Assembly (NCBI GenBank): GCA_964016885.1
Contig: OZ024740.1
Coordinates: forward strand, 36,022,001-36,086,000
Reading direction: 5' to 3'
DNA: 64,000 bases
Source of the DNA: Eledone cirrhosa
Taxonomy: Eukaryota
The notes beneath the pieces were generated by a model. It made no database searches. It saw only the letters and a program-made list of their open reading frames with translations, and had not been told where the DNA came from. Position numbers and translations under genes: made by a program. Shown here piece after piece: positions 39,801-53,477 of the stretch (within the stretch, counting starts at the first letter, position 1; each line of letters starts with the position of its first letter).

Positions 39801-42800
39801 TTATATCAGGGATAGAGAGTGGTGTAATGATTATATCAGAGATAGAGAGTGGTGTAATGTTTATATCAGGGATAGAGAGTAGTGTAATATTTATATCAGG
39901 GATAGAGAGTGGTGTAATGTTTATATCCGGGATAGAATGTGGTGTAGTGTTTATATCAGGGATACAGGGTGGTGTAGTGTTTATATGAAGGATAGAGAGT
40001 GATGTAGTGTTTATATCAGCAGTAAAGAGTGGTGTAGTGTTTATATCAGGCATAAAGAGTCATGTAGTGTTTATATGAAGGATAGAGAGTGGTGTTGTGT
40101 GTATATATCGGTAAAAGAGAGTGGTGTAGTGATTATATCAGGGATAGGGAGTGGTGTAGTGTTTATATCAGGTTTAGAGAGTGGTATAGTACTTATATCA
40201 GGGATAGGGAGTGGTGTAGTGTTTATATCAGGAATAGAGAGTGATGTCATGTTTATATCAGGGTTAAAGTGTGATGTAGTGTTTATATCAGTAGTAAATA
40301 GTGGTGTAGTGTTTATATCAGGAGTAAAGAGTGGTGTAGTGTTTATATCAAGGATAGAGAGTGGTGTTGTGTGTATATATCAGTAACAGGGAGTGGTGTA
40401 GTGTTTATATCAGGGATAGGGAGTGATGTAGTGTTTATATCAGGTATAGAGAGTGGTATAGTATTTATATAAGGGATTGGGAGTGGTGTAGTGTTTATAT
40501 CAGGAATAAAGAGTGGTGTAGTGTTTATATCAGGAGTAAAGAGTGGTGTAGTGTTTATATCATGGATAGATAGTGGTGTAGCGTTTATATCATGAATAGA
40601 GAGTGGTGTAGTGTTTATATCACGGGAGTAAAGTGTGGTATAGTGTTTGTATCAGGGATAGAGAGTGATGTAGTGTTTATATCAGAAAGCAAGAGTGGTG
40701 TAGTGTTTTTCTCAGCAATAAAGAGCGGCGAAGTGTTTATATCAGAATGAAGAGTATTGTAGTGTTTATATCAGGGATAGAGAGTGGTGTAATGTTTATG
40801 TCAGGGATAGAGAGTGGTGTAATGTTAATATCAGTGATAGAGAGTGATGTAGTGTTTATATCAGGGATAGAGACTGATATAATGTTTACATCTGGGATAG
40901 AGAGGGGTGTGGTGTTTATATCAGTAGTAAAGAGTGGTGTCGTTTTTATATCAGGGATAGAGGATGGTGTAGTGTTCATATCAGGAGTCAAGAGTGATGT
41001 AGAATTTATATCAGGGGTAGAGAGTGGTGTCGTGTTTATATCAGGGATAGAGAGTGGTGTAGTGTTTATATCAGGAATAGAGAGGGATGTCATGTTTATA
41101 TCAGGGTTAGAGAGTGATGTGATCTTTATATCAGGAGTAAAGAGTGATGTAGTGTTTTTTTCAGGGATAGAGAGTGGTGTAGTGTTTATATCAGGGATAG
41201 AGAGTGGTGTAGTGTTTATATCAGGAAATAGAGAGTGGTGTAGTGTTTATATCAGGGATAGAGAGTTATGTGGTCTTTATATAAGGGATAGAGAGTGGGG
41301 TAGTGTTTATATCAAGGATAAAGAGTGCTGTAGTGTTTACATCAGGAGTAAAGAGTGATATAGTGTTTATATCAGGGATACAGAGTGGTGTAGTGTTTAT
41401 ATCAGGGATAGAGAGTGGTGTTGCGTTTATATCAGGGCTAGAGAGTGATGTAGTGTTTATATCAGGGATAGAGAGTGGTGTAGTGTTTATATCACTAGTA
41501 AATAGTGGTGTAGTGTTTATATCAGGAGTAAAGAGTGGTGTAGTGTTTATATCAAGAATAGAGAGTGGTGTTGTGTGTATATATCAGTAAAAGATAGTGT
41601 TGTAGTGTTTATATCAGGAGTAAAGAGTGGTGTAGTGTTTATATCAGGGATGGAGAGTGATGTAGTGTTTATATCAAGAGTAAAGAGTGATGTAGTGTTT
41701 ATATCAGGACTAGAGAGTGGTGTAGTGTTTATATCAGGTATAGAGAGTGATGTCATGTTTATATCAGGGATAGAGAGTGATGTGGTCTTTATATCAGGGA
41801 TAGAGAGTGGTGTAGTGTTTATATCAAGGATAAAGAGTGGTGTAGTGTTTTACATCAGGAGTAAAGAGTGATGTAGTGTTTATATCAGGGATAGAGAGTG
41901 GTGTAATGTTCATATCAGGGATAGAGAGTGGTCTGGTGTTTATATCAGTGATAGAGAGTGGTGTAGTGTTTATATCAGGGATAGAGAGTGGTGTAGTGTT
42001 TATATCAGGAGTAAAGAGTTGTGGCGTGTTTATATCAAGGATACAGAGTGGTGTAGTGTATATATCAGTGAGGGAGAGTGATGTAGTGATGATATCATGG
42101 GTAAAGAGTGGTGTAGTGTTTATATCAGGAATAAAGCGTGGTGTAGTGTTTATATCAGGAATAAAGAGTGGTGTAGTGTTTATATCAAAGATAGAGAGTG
42201 GTGTAGTGTTTATATCAGAATAGAGAGTGGTGTAGTGTTTATATCAGGGATAGAGAGTGATGTAGTGTTTATATCAGGGATAGCCACTGGTGTAGTGTTT
42301 ATATCAGGAATAGAGAGTACTGTAGCGTTTATATCAGGGTTAGAGAGTGGTGTAGTGTGTGTATCAGGGATAGAGAGTGATGTAGTGTTTATATCAGGGA
42401 TAGAGAGTGGTGTAATGATTATATCAGAGATAGAGAGTGGTGTAATGTTTATATCAGGGATAGAGAGTAGTGTAATATTTATATCAGGGATAGAGAGTGG
42501 TGTAATGTTTATATCCGGGATAGAATGTGGTGTAGTGTTTATATCAGGGATACAGGGTGGTGTAGTGTTTATATGAAGGATAGAGAGTGATGTAGTGTTT
42601 ATATCAGCAGTAAAGAGTGGTGTAATGTTTATATCAGGCATAAAGAGTCATGTAGTGTTTATATGAAGGATAGAGAGTGGTGTTGTGTGTATATATCGGT
42701 AAAAGAGAGTGGTGTAGTGATTATATCAGGGATAGGGAGTGGTGTAGTGTTTATATCAGGTTTAGAGAGTGGTATAGTACTTATATCAGGGATAGGGAGT

Positions 42801-45800
42801 GGTGTAGTGTTTATATCAGGAATAGAGAGTGATGTCATGTTTATATCAGGGTTAAAGTGTGATGTAGTGTTTATATCAGTAGTAAATAGTGGTGTAGTGT
42901 TTATATCAGGAGTAAAGAGTGGTGTAGTGTTTATATCAAGGATAGAGAGTGGTGTTGTGTGTATATATCAGTAACAGGGAGTGGTGTAGTGTTTATATCA
43001 GGGATAGGGAGTGATGTAGTGTTTATATCAGGTATAGAGAGTGGTATAGTATTTATATAAGGGATTGGGAGTGGTGTAGTGTTTATATCAGGAATAAAGA
43101 GTGGTGTAGTGTTTATATCAGGAGTAAAGAGTGGTGTAGTGTTTATATCATGGATAGATAGTGGTGTAGCGTTTATATCATGAATAGAGAGTGGTGTAGT
43201 GTTTATATCACGGGAGTAAAGTGTGGTATAGTGTTTGTATCAGGGATAGAGAGTGATGTAGTGTTTATATCAGAAAGCAAGAGTGGTGTAGTGTTTTTCT
43301 CAGCAATAAAGAGCGGCGAAGTGTTTATATCAGAATGAAGAGTATTGTAGTGTTTATATCAGGGATAGAGAGTGGTGTAATGTTTATGTCAGGGATAGAG
43401 AGTGGTGTAATGTTAATATCAGTGATAGAGAGTGATGTAGTGTTTATATCAGGGATAGAGACTGATATAATGTTTACATCTGGGATAGAGAGGGGTGTGG
43501 TGTTTATATCAGTAGTAAAGAGTGGTGTCGTTTTTATATCAGGGATAGAGGATGGTGTAGTGTTCATATCAGGAGTCAAGAGTGATGTAGAATTTATATC
43601 AGGGGTAGAGAGTGGTGTCGTGTTTATATCAGGGATAGAGAGTGGTGTAGTGTTTATATCAGGAATAGAGAGGGATGTCATGTTTATATCAGGGTTAGAG
43701 AGTGGTGTGATCTTTATATCAGGAGTAAAGAGTGATGTAGTGTTTATTTCAGGGATAGAGAGTGGTGTAGTGTTTATATCAGGGATAGAGAGTGGTGTAG
43801 TGTTTATATCAGGAAATAGAGAGTGGTGTAGTGTTTATATCAGGGATAGAGAGTTATGTGGTCTTTATATAAGGGATAGAGAGTGGGGTAGTGTTTATAT
43901 CAAGGATAAAGAGTGCTGTAGTGTTTACATCAGGAGTAAAGAGTGATATAGTGTTTATATCAGGGATACAGAGTGGTGTAGTGTTTATATCAGGGATAGA
44001 GAGTGGTGTTGCGTTTATATCAGGGCTAGAGAGTGATGTAGTGTTTATATCAGGGATAGAGAGTGGTGTAGTGTTTATATCACTAGTAAATAGTGGTGTA
44101 GTGTTTATATCAGGAGTAAAGAGTGGTGTAGTGTTTATATCAAGAATAGAGAGTGGTGTTGTGTGTATATATCAGTAAAAGATAGTGTTGTAGTGTTTAT
44201 ATCAGGAGTAAAGAGTGGTGTAGTGTTTATATCAGGGATGGAGAGTGATGTAGTGTTTATATCAAGAGTAAAGAGTGATGTAGTGTTTATATCAGGACTA
44301 GAGAGTGGTGTAGTGTTTATATCAGGTATAGAGAGTGATGTCATGTTTATATCAGGGATAGAGAGTGATGTGGTCTTTATATCAGGGATAGAGAGTGGTG
44401 TAGTGTTTATATCAGGAGTAAAGAGTTGTGGCGTGTTTATATCAAGGATACAGAGTGGTGTAGTGTATATATCAGTGAGGGAGAGTGATGTAGTGATGAT
44501 ATCATGGGTAAAGAGTGGTGTAGTGTTTATATCAGGAATAAAGCGTGGTGTAGTGTTTATATCAGGAATAAAGAGTGGTGTAGTGTTTATATCAAAGATA
44601 GAGAGTGGTGTAGTGTTTATATCAGAATAGAGAGTGGTGTAGTGTTTATATCAGGGATAGAGAGTGATGTAGTGTTTATATCAGGGATAGCCACTGGTGT
44701 AGTGTTTATATCAGGAATAGAGAGTACTGCAGCGTTTATATCAGGGTTAGAGAGTGGTGTAGTGTGTGTATCAGGGATAGAGAGTGGTGTAGTGTTTATA
44801 TCAGGGATAGAGAGTGGTGTAATGATTATATCAGAGATAGAGAGTGGTTTTATGTTTATATCAGGGATAGAGAGTAGTGTAATATTTATATCAGGGATAG
44901 AGAGTGGTGTAATGTTTATATCCGGGATAGAGTGTGGTGTAGTGTTTATATCAGGGATACAGGGTGGTGTAGTGTTTATATGAAGGATAGAGAGTGATGT
45001 AGTGTTTATATCAGCAGTAAAGAGTGGTGTAGTGTTTATATCAGGCATAAAGAGTCATGTAGTGTTTATATGAAGGATAGAGAGTGGTGTTGTGTGTATA
45101 TATCGGTAAAAGAGAGTGGTGTAGTGATTATATCAGGGATAGGGAGTGGTGTAGTGTTTATATCAGGTTTAGAGAGTGGTATAGTACTTATATCAGGGAT
45201 AGGGAGTGGTGTAGTGTTTATATCAGGAATAGAGAGTGATGTCATGTTTATATCAGGGTTAAAGTGTGATGTAGTGTTTATATCAGTAGTAAATAGTGGT
45301 GTAGTGTTTATATCAGGAGTAAAGAGTGGTGTAGTGTTTATATCAAGGATAGAGTGTGGTGTTGTGTGTATATATCAGTAACAGGGAGTGGTGTAGTGTT
45401 TATATCAGGGATAGGGAGTGATGTAGTGTTTATATCAGGTATAGAGAGTGGTATAGTATTTATATAAGGGATTGGGAGTGGTGTAGTGTTTATATCAGGA
45501 ATAAAGAGTGGTGTAGTGTTTATATCAGGAGTAAAGAGTGGTGTAGTGTTTATATCATGGATAGATAGTGGTGTAGCGTTTATATCATGAATAGAGAGTG
45601 GTGTAGTGTTTATATCACGGGAGTAAAGTGTGGTATAGTGTTTGTATCAGGGATAGAGAGTGATGTAGTGTTTATATCAGAAAGCAAGAGTGGTGTAGTG
45701 TTTTTCTCAGCAATAAAGAGCGGCGAAGTGTTTATATCAGAATGAAGAGTATTGTAGTGTTTATATCAGGGATAGAGAGTGGTGTAATGTTTATGTCAGG

Positions 45801-48437
45801 GATAGAGAGTGGTGTAATGTTAATATCAGTGATAGAGAGTGATGTAGTGTTTATATCAGGGATAGAGACTGATATAATGTTTACATCTGGGATAGAGAGG
45901 GGTGTGGTGTTTATATCAGTAGTAAAGAGTGGTGTCGTTTTTATATCAGGGATAGAGGATGGTGTAGTGTTCATATCAGGAGTCAAGAGTGATGTAGAAT
46001 TTATATCAGGGGTAGAGAGTGGTGTCGTGTTTATATCAGGGATAGAGAGTGGTGTAGTGTTTATATCAGGAATAGAGAGGGATGTCATGTTTATATCAGG
46101 GTTAGAGAGTGGTGTGATCTTTATATCAGGAGTAAAGAGTGATGTAGTGTTTATTTCAGGGATAGAGAGTGGTGTAGTGTTTATATCAGGGATAGAGAGT
46201 GGTGTAGTGTTTATATCAGGAAATAGAGAGTGGTGTAGTGTTTATATCAGGGATAGAGAGTTATGTGGTCTTTATATAAGGGATAGAGAGTGGGGTAGTG
46301 TTTATATCAAGGATAAAGAGTGCTGTAGTGTTTACATCAGGAGTAAAGAGTGATATAGTGTTTATATCAGGGATACAGAGTGGTGTAGTGTTTATATCAG
46401 GGATAGAGAGTGGTGTTGCGTTTATATCAGGGCTAGAGAGTGATGTAGTGTTTATATCAGGGATAGAGAGTGGTGTAGTGTTTATATCACTAGTAAATAG
46501 TGGTGTAGTGTTTATATCAGGAGTAAAGAGTGGTGTAGTGTTTATATCAAGAATAGAGAGTGGTGTTGTGTGTATATATCAGTAAAAGATAGTGTTGTAG
46601 TGTTTATATCAGGAGTAAAGAGTGGTGTAGTGTTTATATCAGGGATGGAGAGTGATGTAGTGTTTATATCAAGAGTAAAGAGTGATGTAGTGTTTATATC
46701 AGGACTAGAGAGTGGTGTAGTGTTTATATCAGGTATAGAGAGTGATGTCATGTTTATATCAGGGATAGAGAGTGATGTGGTCTTTATATCAGGGATAGAG
46801 AGTGGTGTAGTGTTTATATCAAGGATAAAGAGTGGTGTAGTGTTTTACATCAGGAGTAAAGAGTGATGTAGTGTTTATATCAGGGATAGAGAGTGGTGTA
46901 ATGTTCATATCAGGGATAGAGAGTGGTCTGGTGTTTATATCAGTGATAGAGAGTGGTGTAGTGTTTATATCAGGGATAGAGAGTGGTGTAGTGTTTATAT
47001 CAGGAGTAAAGAGTTGTGGCGTGTTTATATCAAGGATACAGAGTGGTGTAGTGTATATATCAGTGAGGGAGAGTGATGTAGTGATGATATCATGGGTAAA
47101 GAGTGGTGTAGTGTTTATATCAGGAGTAAAGAGTGGTGTAGTGTTTATATCAGGAGTAAAGAGTGGTGTAGTGTTTATATCAGGGATGGAGAGTGATGTA
47201 GTGTTTATATCAGGAGTGAAGAGTGATGTAGTGTTTATATCAGGAGTAAAGAGTGGTGTAGTGTTTATATCAGGGATGGAGAGTGATGTAGTGTTTATAT
47301 CAGGAGTAAAGAGTGATGTAGTGTTTATATCAGGAGTAGAGAGTGGTGTAGTGTTTATATCAGGTATAGAGAGGGATGTCATATTTATATCAGGGATAGA
47401 GAGTGATGTGGTCTTTATATCAGGGATAGAGAGTGGTGTAGTGTTTACATCAGGGATAGAGAGTGGTGTAATGTTCATATCAGGGATGGAGAGTGGTGTG
47501 GTTTTTATATCAGGGATAGAGAGTGGTGTAGTGTTTATATCAGGGATAGAGAGTGGTGTAATGTTTATATCAGGGTTAGAGAGTGGTGTAGTGTTTATAT
47601 CGGGGATAGAGAGTGGTGTAGTGTTTATATCAGGAGTCAAGAGTGGTGGCGTGTTTATATCAAGGATACAGAGTGGTGTTGTGTATATATCAGTGATGGA
47701 GAGTGATGTAGTGATGATATCATGGGTAAAGAGTGGTGTAGTGTTCATATCAGGAATCAAGAGTGATGTAGAGTTTATATCAGGGATAGAGAGTGGTGTA
47801 GTATTTATATCAGGGATAGAGAGTGGTGTAGTGTTTATATCAGGAATAAAGGGTGATGTAGTGTTTATATCAGGAATAAAGGGTGGTGAAGTGTTTATAT
47901 CAGGGATAGAGAGTGCTGTAGTGTTTATATCAGGAATAGAGAGTGATGTAGTGTTTATATGTGGGATAGAGTTTGTTGTAGTGTTTATATCAGGGATAGA
48001 GAGTGGTGTCTTGTTTGTATCAGGGATAGAGAGTGGTGTAGTATTTATATCAGGGATATAGAGTGATGTAGTGTTTATATCAGAGATAGAGAGTGATGTA
48101 GTGTTTATATCAGGGATAGAGAGTGGTGTAGTGTTTATATCGGGCATAGAGAGTGGTGTAGTGTTTATATCAGGGATAGAGAGTGATGTAGTGTTTATAT
48201 CAGGGATAGAGAGTGGTGTAGTGTTTATATCGGGGATAGAGAGTGGTGTAGTGTTTATATCAGGGATAGAGAGTGATGTAGTGTTTATATCAGGGATAGA
48301 GAGTGGTGTAGTGTTTATATCAGGGATAGACAGTGATGTAGTGTTTATATCAGGGATAGAGAGTGGTGTATTATTTATATCAGGAGTAAAGTGTGGTGTA
48401 GTGTTTATATCAGTGATAGAGTGTGGTGTAGTGTTTA
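30836..48437. repeat. 30-bp satellite TTTATATCAGGGATAGAGAGTGGTGTAGTG, ~17.6 kb (~580 units), with higher-order repeats
   Basis: 30-bp periodicity visible in line phase; occasional 29, 31 and 33-bp units; marker variants recur at 2588 and 2407 bp spacing. Confidence 0.98.
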
Positions 48438-48735
48438 TTTGTTTATTCAATTATATTGTACGGCTCGGAAAAGCTTTTTTCTTAGAGCTATTTAATTGCA
48501 AGAGACTACTCTGTGTTCTTAACTCAATATATATTTGTCGGCTCCATCATGTAGTAACCACAGCACACAGCAAGCTACAAGTGAGCACACATGAAACAAA
48601 CGAATCAACACCACAACACATTCACCTACCAATACGATCATCAAATTCTCGCTATACTTTCATGACACAGCGTTTTGGGCATTTGAACATGGCAGAACCC
48701 ATCTCTCTCCAGATTTGAACTCAGCCGATTTCTTC

Positions 48736-48736
<1 letters not shown>

Positions 48737-48766
<30 letters not shown>

Positions 48767-48769
48767 GGA

Positions 48770-48812
<43 letters not shown>
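48737..48812. repeat. (GA)n microsatellite
   Basis: Direct reading. Confidence 0.95.
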
Positions 48813-48816
<4 letters not shown>

Positions 48817-48881
48817 AGAGATATAAAGGAAGAGTTAAACTCCTGTACTAGTCCCTTATTTATTGACTTAGAAAGGATGAA

Positions 48882-49065
48882 AATAATTGTTTCTACTTTT
48901 GGCACAAGGCCAGCAAATACACAGTACATTACTGGTACTTTATTTTATCGACCCCGTAAGGATGAAAGGCAAAGTTAACCTCGGCGGGATTTGAACTCAG
49001 AATGATAAGGGCCGTAACTCTATGCGTCAAAGCATGGCGTCTGACGCTCCACCGTACTGCCAATC
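48882..49065 (-). mobile_element. tRNA-derived SINE with Nin/Deu-like central domain
   Basis: Minus strand: A-box-like TGGCAGTACGG, B box GTTCAAATCC, core GCCTTTCATCCTTACGGGGTCGATAAAATAAAGTACCAG, tail CTTGTGCCAAAAGTAGAAACAATTATT; five copies in the window. Confidence 0.85.
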
Positions 49066-50759
49066 CAGACCATCACGCACTTAACAGTAACACTAATAGA
49101 GCGTGATTAAAGGTAGAGATGTATATCGAAGTACATAGAATATGTTTATGGATAATAATCATACAAAAGTCTCGCTGTGGATGTTTTAAACAGTGATCAT
49201 GTCACAATTGCCTCAGTAATCGTGGGATTACTGAGGCAGTTGTGATATGATCACTGTTAACTAGTTTTCAGTATCTTTATCCATCCTGAGTGACGTTTAC
49301 TAACGAGGTATTGAGGTGAATAATATACTTTGGGAGATGCTCATTTACACATAGTTTAAGTATGACATGTTAAGATTACACAGCGGGATTCATAATAGAG
49401 GTGTATATGGAAATATACACAATAAGTTTATGTATATCAAACATATATAAATCTAGGTGTGAGTGTTTTAAGCTTTGATCATATACAGCTGCCTCAGTAG
49501 TAGTATGACAACATATTTCTCTAAGTAAACGACATTGTGTAAAAGTAAACTCCTGAAAATGACACGTTTGTTTTTGCACATAAGCTGTTGCCTAGTTTCG
49601 ATGTTATTTCGTAAATATCATTGCGCATGTGTTAAGGAAAGTAACTAGAGAGATATATATTTATAAATATATATCGGAGATATAGGTTTAGTATTGGCGG
49701 ACACGAGCATCTCTACCATAGTAGAGATTAATAGTTTATTCAAATTGATCCAGTAACCAGTTGCTCTGGAATTTCCCCTGCAATGAAACAGGTTACCGGA
49801 TCAGCCTTAATAAACTATATACACACATCCATTCATACGCACATATATGCATACGCAAACATGATGGCTGCAACTCGATTTCGAGTAATTCCCTCGCTTG
49901 AGTATCGTGGATGTGGTTTTTTAGTTCTGCTGGGGACTTGCCTATCGCCACCAATGCCATGTATCGCAAAAAATGTCATATATCAAGCGAGGCCTGTGCT
50001 TGAAGCTTTTTTAAGTAAGGAAAGGCTTTGCACGGGGTCAATACCACTCTCTGAACATAAAATGCATTTACCCAAAAAGAAGAACTAATCTACATCATTG
50101 GATGCAAATGAAATTGCATGTTTTATATCAGAGTGACCTTCTCCTCGCGAGATGTCTTATGAAGATTAGGGGTCCCTCGTTCCACAAAAAAAAACTTTAT
50201 TGGATGGTCGTACATACACACACATACACACACTTACTTATATTAATTTGATTGCTTAATGCATTTTAATTCCTTTCCCCACTGACATGTGATTTGTTAC
50301 TGGCCTGAATGTTGCTTAGTCTGAACATAGTAAGCTTATTCATATTTGTTTTTCTTTGCAGATATATCTGTTGGTGTAGACTGTTTATATATATGCCAAA
50401 CGGATGTAATTTGCAGATATTTTCTAGTTTATCAGTTTATCAGTAAAAACGTGTCTATTTCTGCAGATAGATCTTTTGTTTATGATGAACAGCGAGAGAT
50501 ATGATACATATGAAACTTCCGCTAAATATATGTTGCATTACTTTATAATGTCTCTTGACAGTGCTGCATGATACAAGACTTTCCACACGTGACTACAATG
50601 GAACATGAAGTAAAGATGGGTGATTATTTTTATGAAATCAACGACGGCAACATTAAGAATATAGACTAGAATCCTGGACGAGTTTAACGCATTATATAAT
50701 GACGTAATAATGGATTCTTCATGAGAAGCCGGAGTGTTCTGAAATTCTTTGTTAAATAT

Positions 50760-50944
50760 ATAATTGTTTCTACTTTTGGCACAAGGCCAGCAATTACCCA
50801 GTGTATTACTGGTACTTTATTTTATCCACCCCGTAAGCATGAAAGGCAAAGTTAACCTCGGCGGGATTTGAACTCATATCATAAAGGGACGGAACTCTAT
50901 GCTTCAAAGCATGGTGTCCGACTCTCTACCGATACTGCCAATTC
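50760..50944 (-). mobile_element. SINE, same family
   Basis: Colinear with 48882-49065. Confidence 0.85.
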
Positions 50945-51118
50945 ACCTTGATATTTGTAACTGAAATATTGAGTTTGGTTGTGAAAGAGATTGAATTCAC
51001 TAGTAACGTAATAGTTTAGTCACTGTAAATAAAAAAATATCATATATATAGTTAAAGAAAAATATAGTATTCTGTACATAAATAACGATTCGCTTTATAA
51101 TAATATGGACTTTGCCTA

Positions 51119-51420
51119 TTAATCCGAATGGTGGGCAAATGGGGTCCCACGTGCTGGCCTCCCCACAACCCCGGCGGACAGGATAGAGAAGGCATTTCCC
51201 CGGAGGATGGTAAGGGAGATGCGCTGGAAGAGCCATTCTAACTCGCGAGGCTCACACCTGCGGCTGGCTAGCTCAGCGCCTATGGTGGGGATTAGGGAGA
51301 TAGCCTTAGGGCCAAGGACACCAGAAGTCTCCACTCTCCAAGGGCACGACCACGAACCTGTCGGAGAGCGACCGGTATTTTGAGAGTTTGGCCTCCTCAG
51401 ACCGACGTGCAGCAGTACCT
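51119..51420 (-). mobile_element. CRE-like (RLE-type) non-LTR retrotransposon 3' fragment
   Basis: ETSGVLGP...LFQRISLTILRGNA C-terminal signature; 51343-51419 is similar to 63545-63622. Confidence 0.75.
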
Positions 51421-52580
51421 TGGATTATTTACTTTACGAAATAAATAAATTCTCCAATGTATTCTCTGTGATATCTATGCAGCGATGAATTATGGTATAT
51501 GTCTTCACATACACCCCTTGATAAAGAAAGGATTCAATGGCACCAATTTTACATTTACAAAATAGATCAATATTTGAAATTCCGTCATTTAAGCATCATC
51601 CATAAATGGTCCAAAAACATCGCTTATGAAAAACATCAAGTCGGTTATTGTGTGATCGACAGGAGTCCAAGATTCCGATCCGTATTGGAGAGTGGAAAAG
51701 ACTATAGCTAGGTAGGCTTTCATTTTTGTTTTCAATGATGTTACCCGTTTATCTCACAGATGATGACGAAGTTTGCCGAAAGGATTTGTAACGTAGGTTA
51801 CGCGTTTGACCATTTTATCCTCAAGAGAAGTATTTGTTTACAAATATCTGAATGTTACTACATATTTCAGGTTTTTGCCATCGACGATTATGTGAAGGGT
51901 GGGGAGCTGATGAATAGGTCGTTGCTGTTGTTATTTTATACCTCAGGTTTACTTGTGAGTGGACCATGGCTAGTGGACGACTTCAGTCTTTTAATGGTGA
52001 GATGAGACCAAAGACTTTGCACACACATACACACACACACATATATATATACAATATATTAATAAATGGAAACTATATTTATAAAACCATATTTATTTTA
52101 TTATACATATTTCAAGGGCAACCAAGACAAATTATGGTGCGCTTTCATCAGATAAAATACAGTTATAAAATACAGTTATAAAAGTTTTATCAGATAAAAT
52201 ACAGTTATAAAAATGTTTAAGCTTGTTGAATCCCAACAAATTAAATATAACCTCTGCATATATATATATATATAGAGAGAGAGAGAGCGAGAGAGAGAAG
52301 GAGAGAGAGAGAGGAGGGGAGAGAGAAAGAGAGATAGACAGGCAGACAGAGAGTGAGAGAGAGGAAAATCGAAATGCACAGATGTGTATATAAAGAGTCG
52401 CGTTTTATCTAATCCGACAAAACAAATATTCATATTTATGTGTGTGAGTGTGTGTATATATATATGTGTGTATATATATATATGTGCATGTGAATGTGTG
52501 TGTGTGTGTATGTGTTAATGTGTGTGTGCAATTGTGGACTGACATTAGAGATGTTTTAATATAATGAATGCGACAGGTCG

Positions 52581-52799
52581 GTGGAGTGACAGTATAGGTA
52601 AAGCGTCGAATAATATGCTTTACAGCATTTAATTACGGCCCTTTGAGTTCTGAGTTCAAATCCCGCCGTGGTTAGCTTTGCTTTTCATCCTTACGGGGTC
52701 GATAAATTAAATTACCAGTGATGCACTGGGGTAGATTTAATGGACTTTCCACTTTCCTTCAAATTGCTAGCGTTGTGCCAAATATATAAACAATATAAT
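52581..52799 (+). mobile_element. SINE, same family (longer 3' variant)
   Basis: GTTCAAATCC B box and CATCCTTACGGGGTCGATAAA core on + strand. Confidence 0.8.
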
Positions 52800-53000
52800 G
52801 ATTTCTAGTATAGACACAAGGCCAGTAATTTGGGGGGAGGAGAAAGTCGATTAAATCGATCCCAGTATGTTACTGGTACTTTATTTAATCGACCCCGTAA
52901 GGATGAAAGGCAAAGTTAACCTCGGCGGGATTTGAACTCAGATCATAAAGGGACGTAACTATAAAGCATGCTGTCCGACTCTCTACCGATACTGACAATC
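52800..53000 (-). mobile_element. SINE, same family, tail-to-tail with the previous copy
   Basis: ATCGACCCCGTAAGGATGAAAGGCAAAGTTAACCTCGGCGGGATTTGAACTC core. Confidence 0.85.
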
Positions 53001-53314
53001 CAGAAGGACAGAAAGGTAAAAAAAGTAAGATGATTTAGAATGTAGAGTTGATGAAAGAAACAAACTCAGGATGTTTCCATATGGTAGTATGAGGCTAACT
53101 GAAATTTTATATAAATACTGGGTGAGTTAGTGCATATTAAATATATGAATCATTAAAAGTCTAACTAAAAATAAATAGCAAATAGAAGCCAGATTCCAAG
53201 AAAATATGAGATGGTCAAATATCATTTAGGAAAGTTCGTAAATTTAGATGAGTTTACATTTTGAGCAAAGTTATTCATCGGGGAGATAAAAAAAAAAAAG
53301 TACATAGGGAAAAG

Positions 53315-53477
53315 GACAAAACGTTTTCAGGGGAAAATGAACATACTGTATTTCCCGGCGCCGAAGAAAATAGTAAACAACTTTCGGCCTCGAGGACGCA
53401 TGATAGATTTTTGAGACTTATTAGGAAAAAAGTAGCGCCTTCGACGTCGGGAAATACTTCCTTGAAAACGTTTTGTC
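53315..53477. repeat. Degenerate inverted-repeat (MITE-like) element
   Basis: GACAAAACGTTTTCAGGGGAA...GTATTTCCCGGCGCCGAAG pairs with CTTCGACGTCGGGAAATAC-TTCCTTGAAAACGTTTTGTC. Confidence 0.5.

Noticed and set aside
30963-48718. ISGIESGVVF / PDINTTPLSI / IRDREWCSVY repeat proteins
   Set aside because: Consequence of a 30-bp unit; open in several frames and repeatedly broken by 29/31-bp units and stops, so no sign of coding constraint.
48985-49065. tRNA gene
   Set aside because: A and B boxes are present but there is no cloverleaf; it is the head of a multi-copy SINE.
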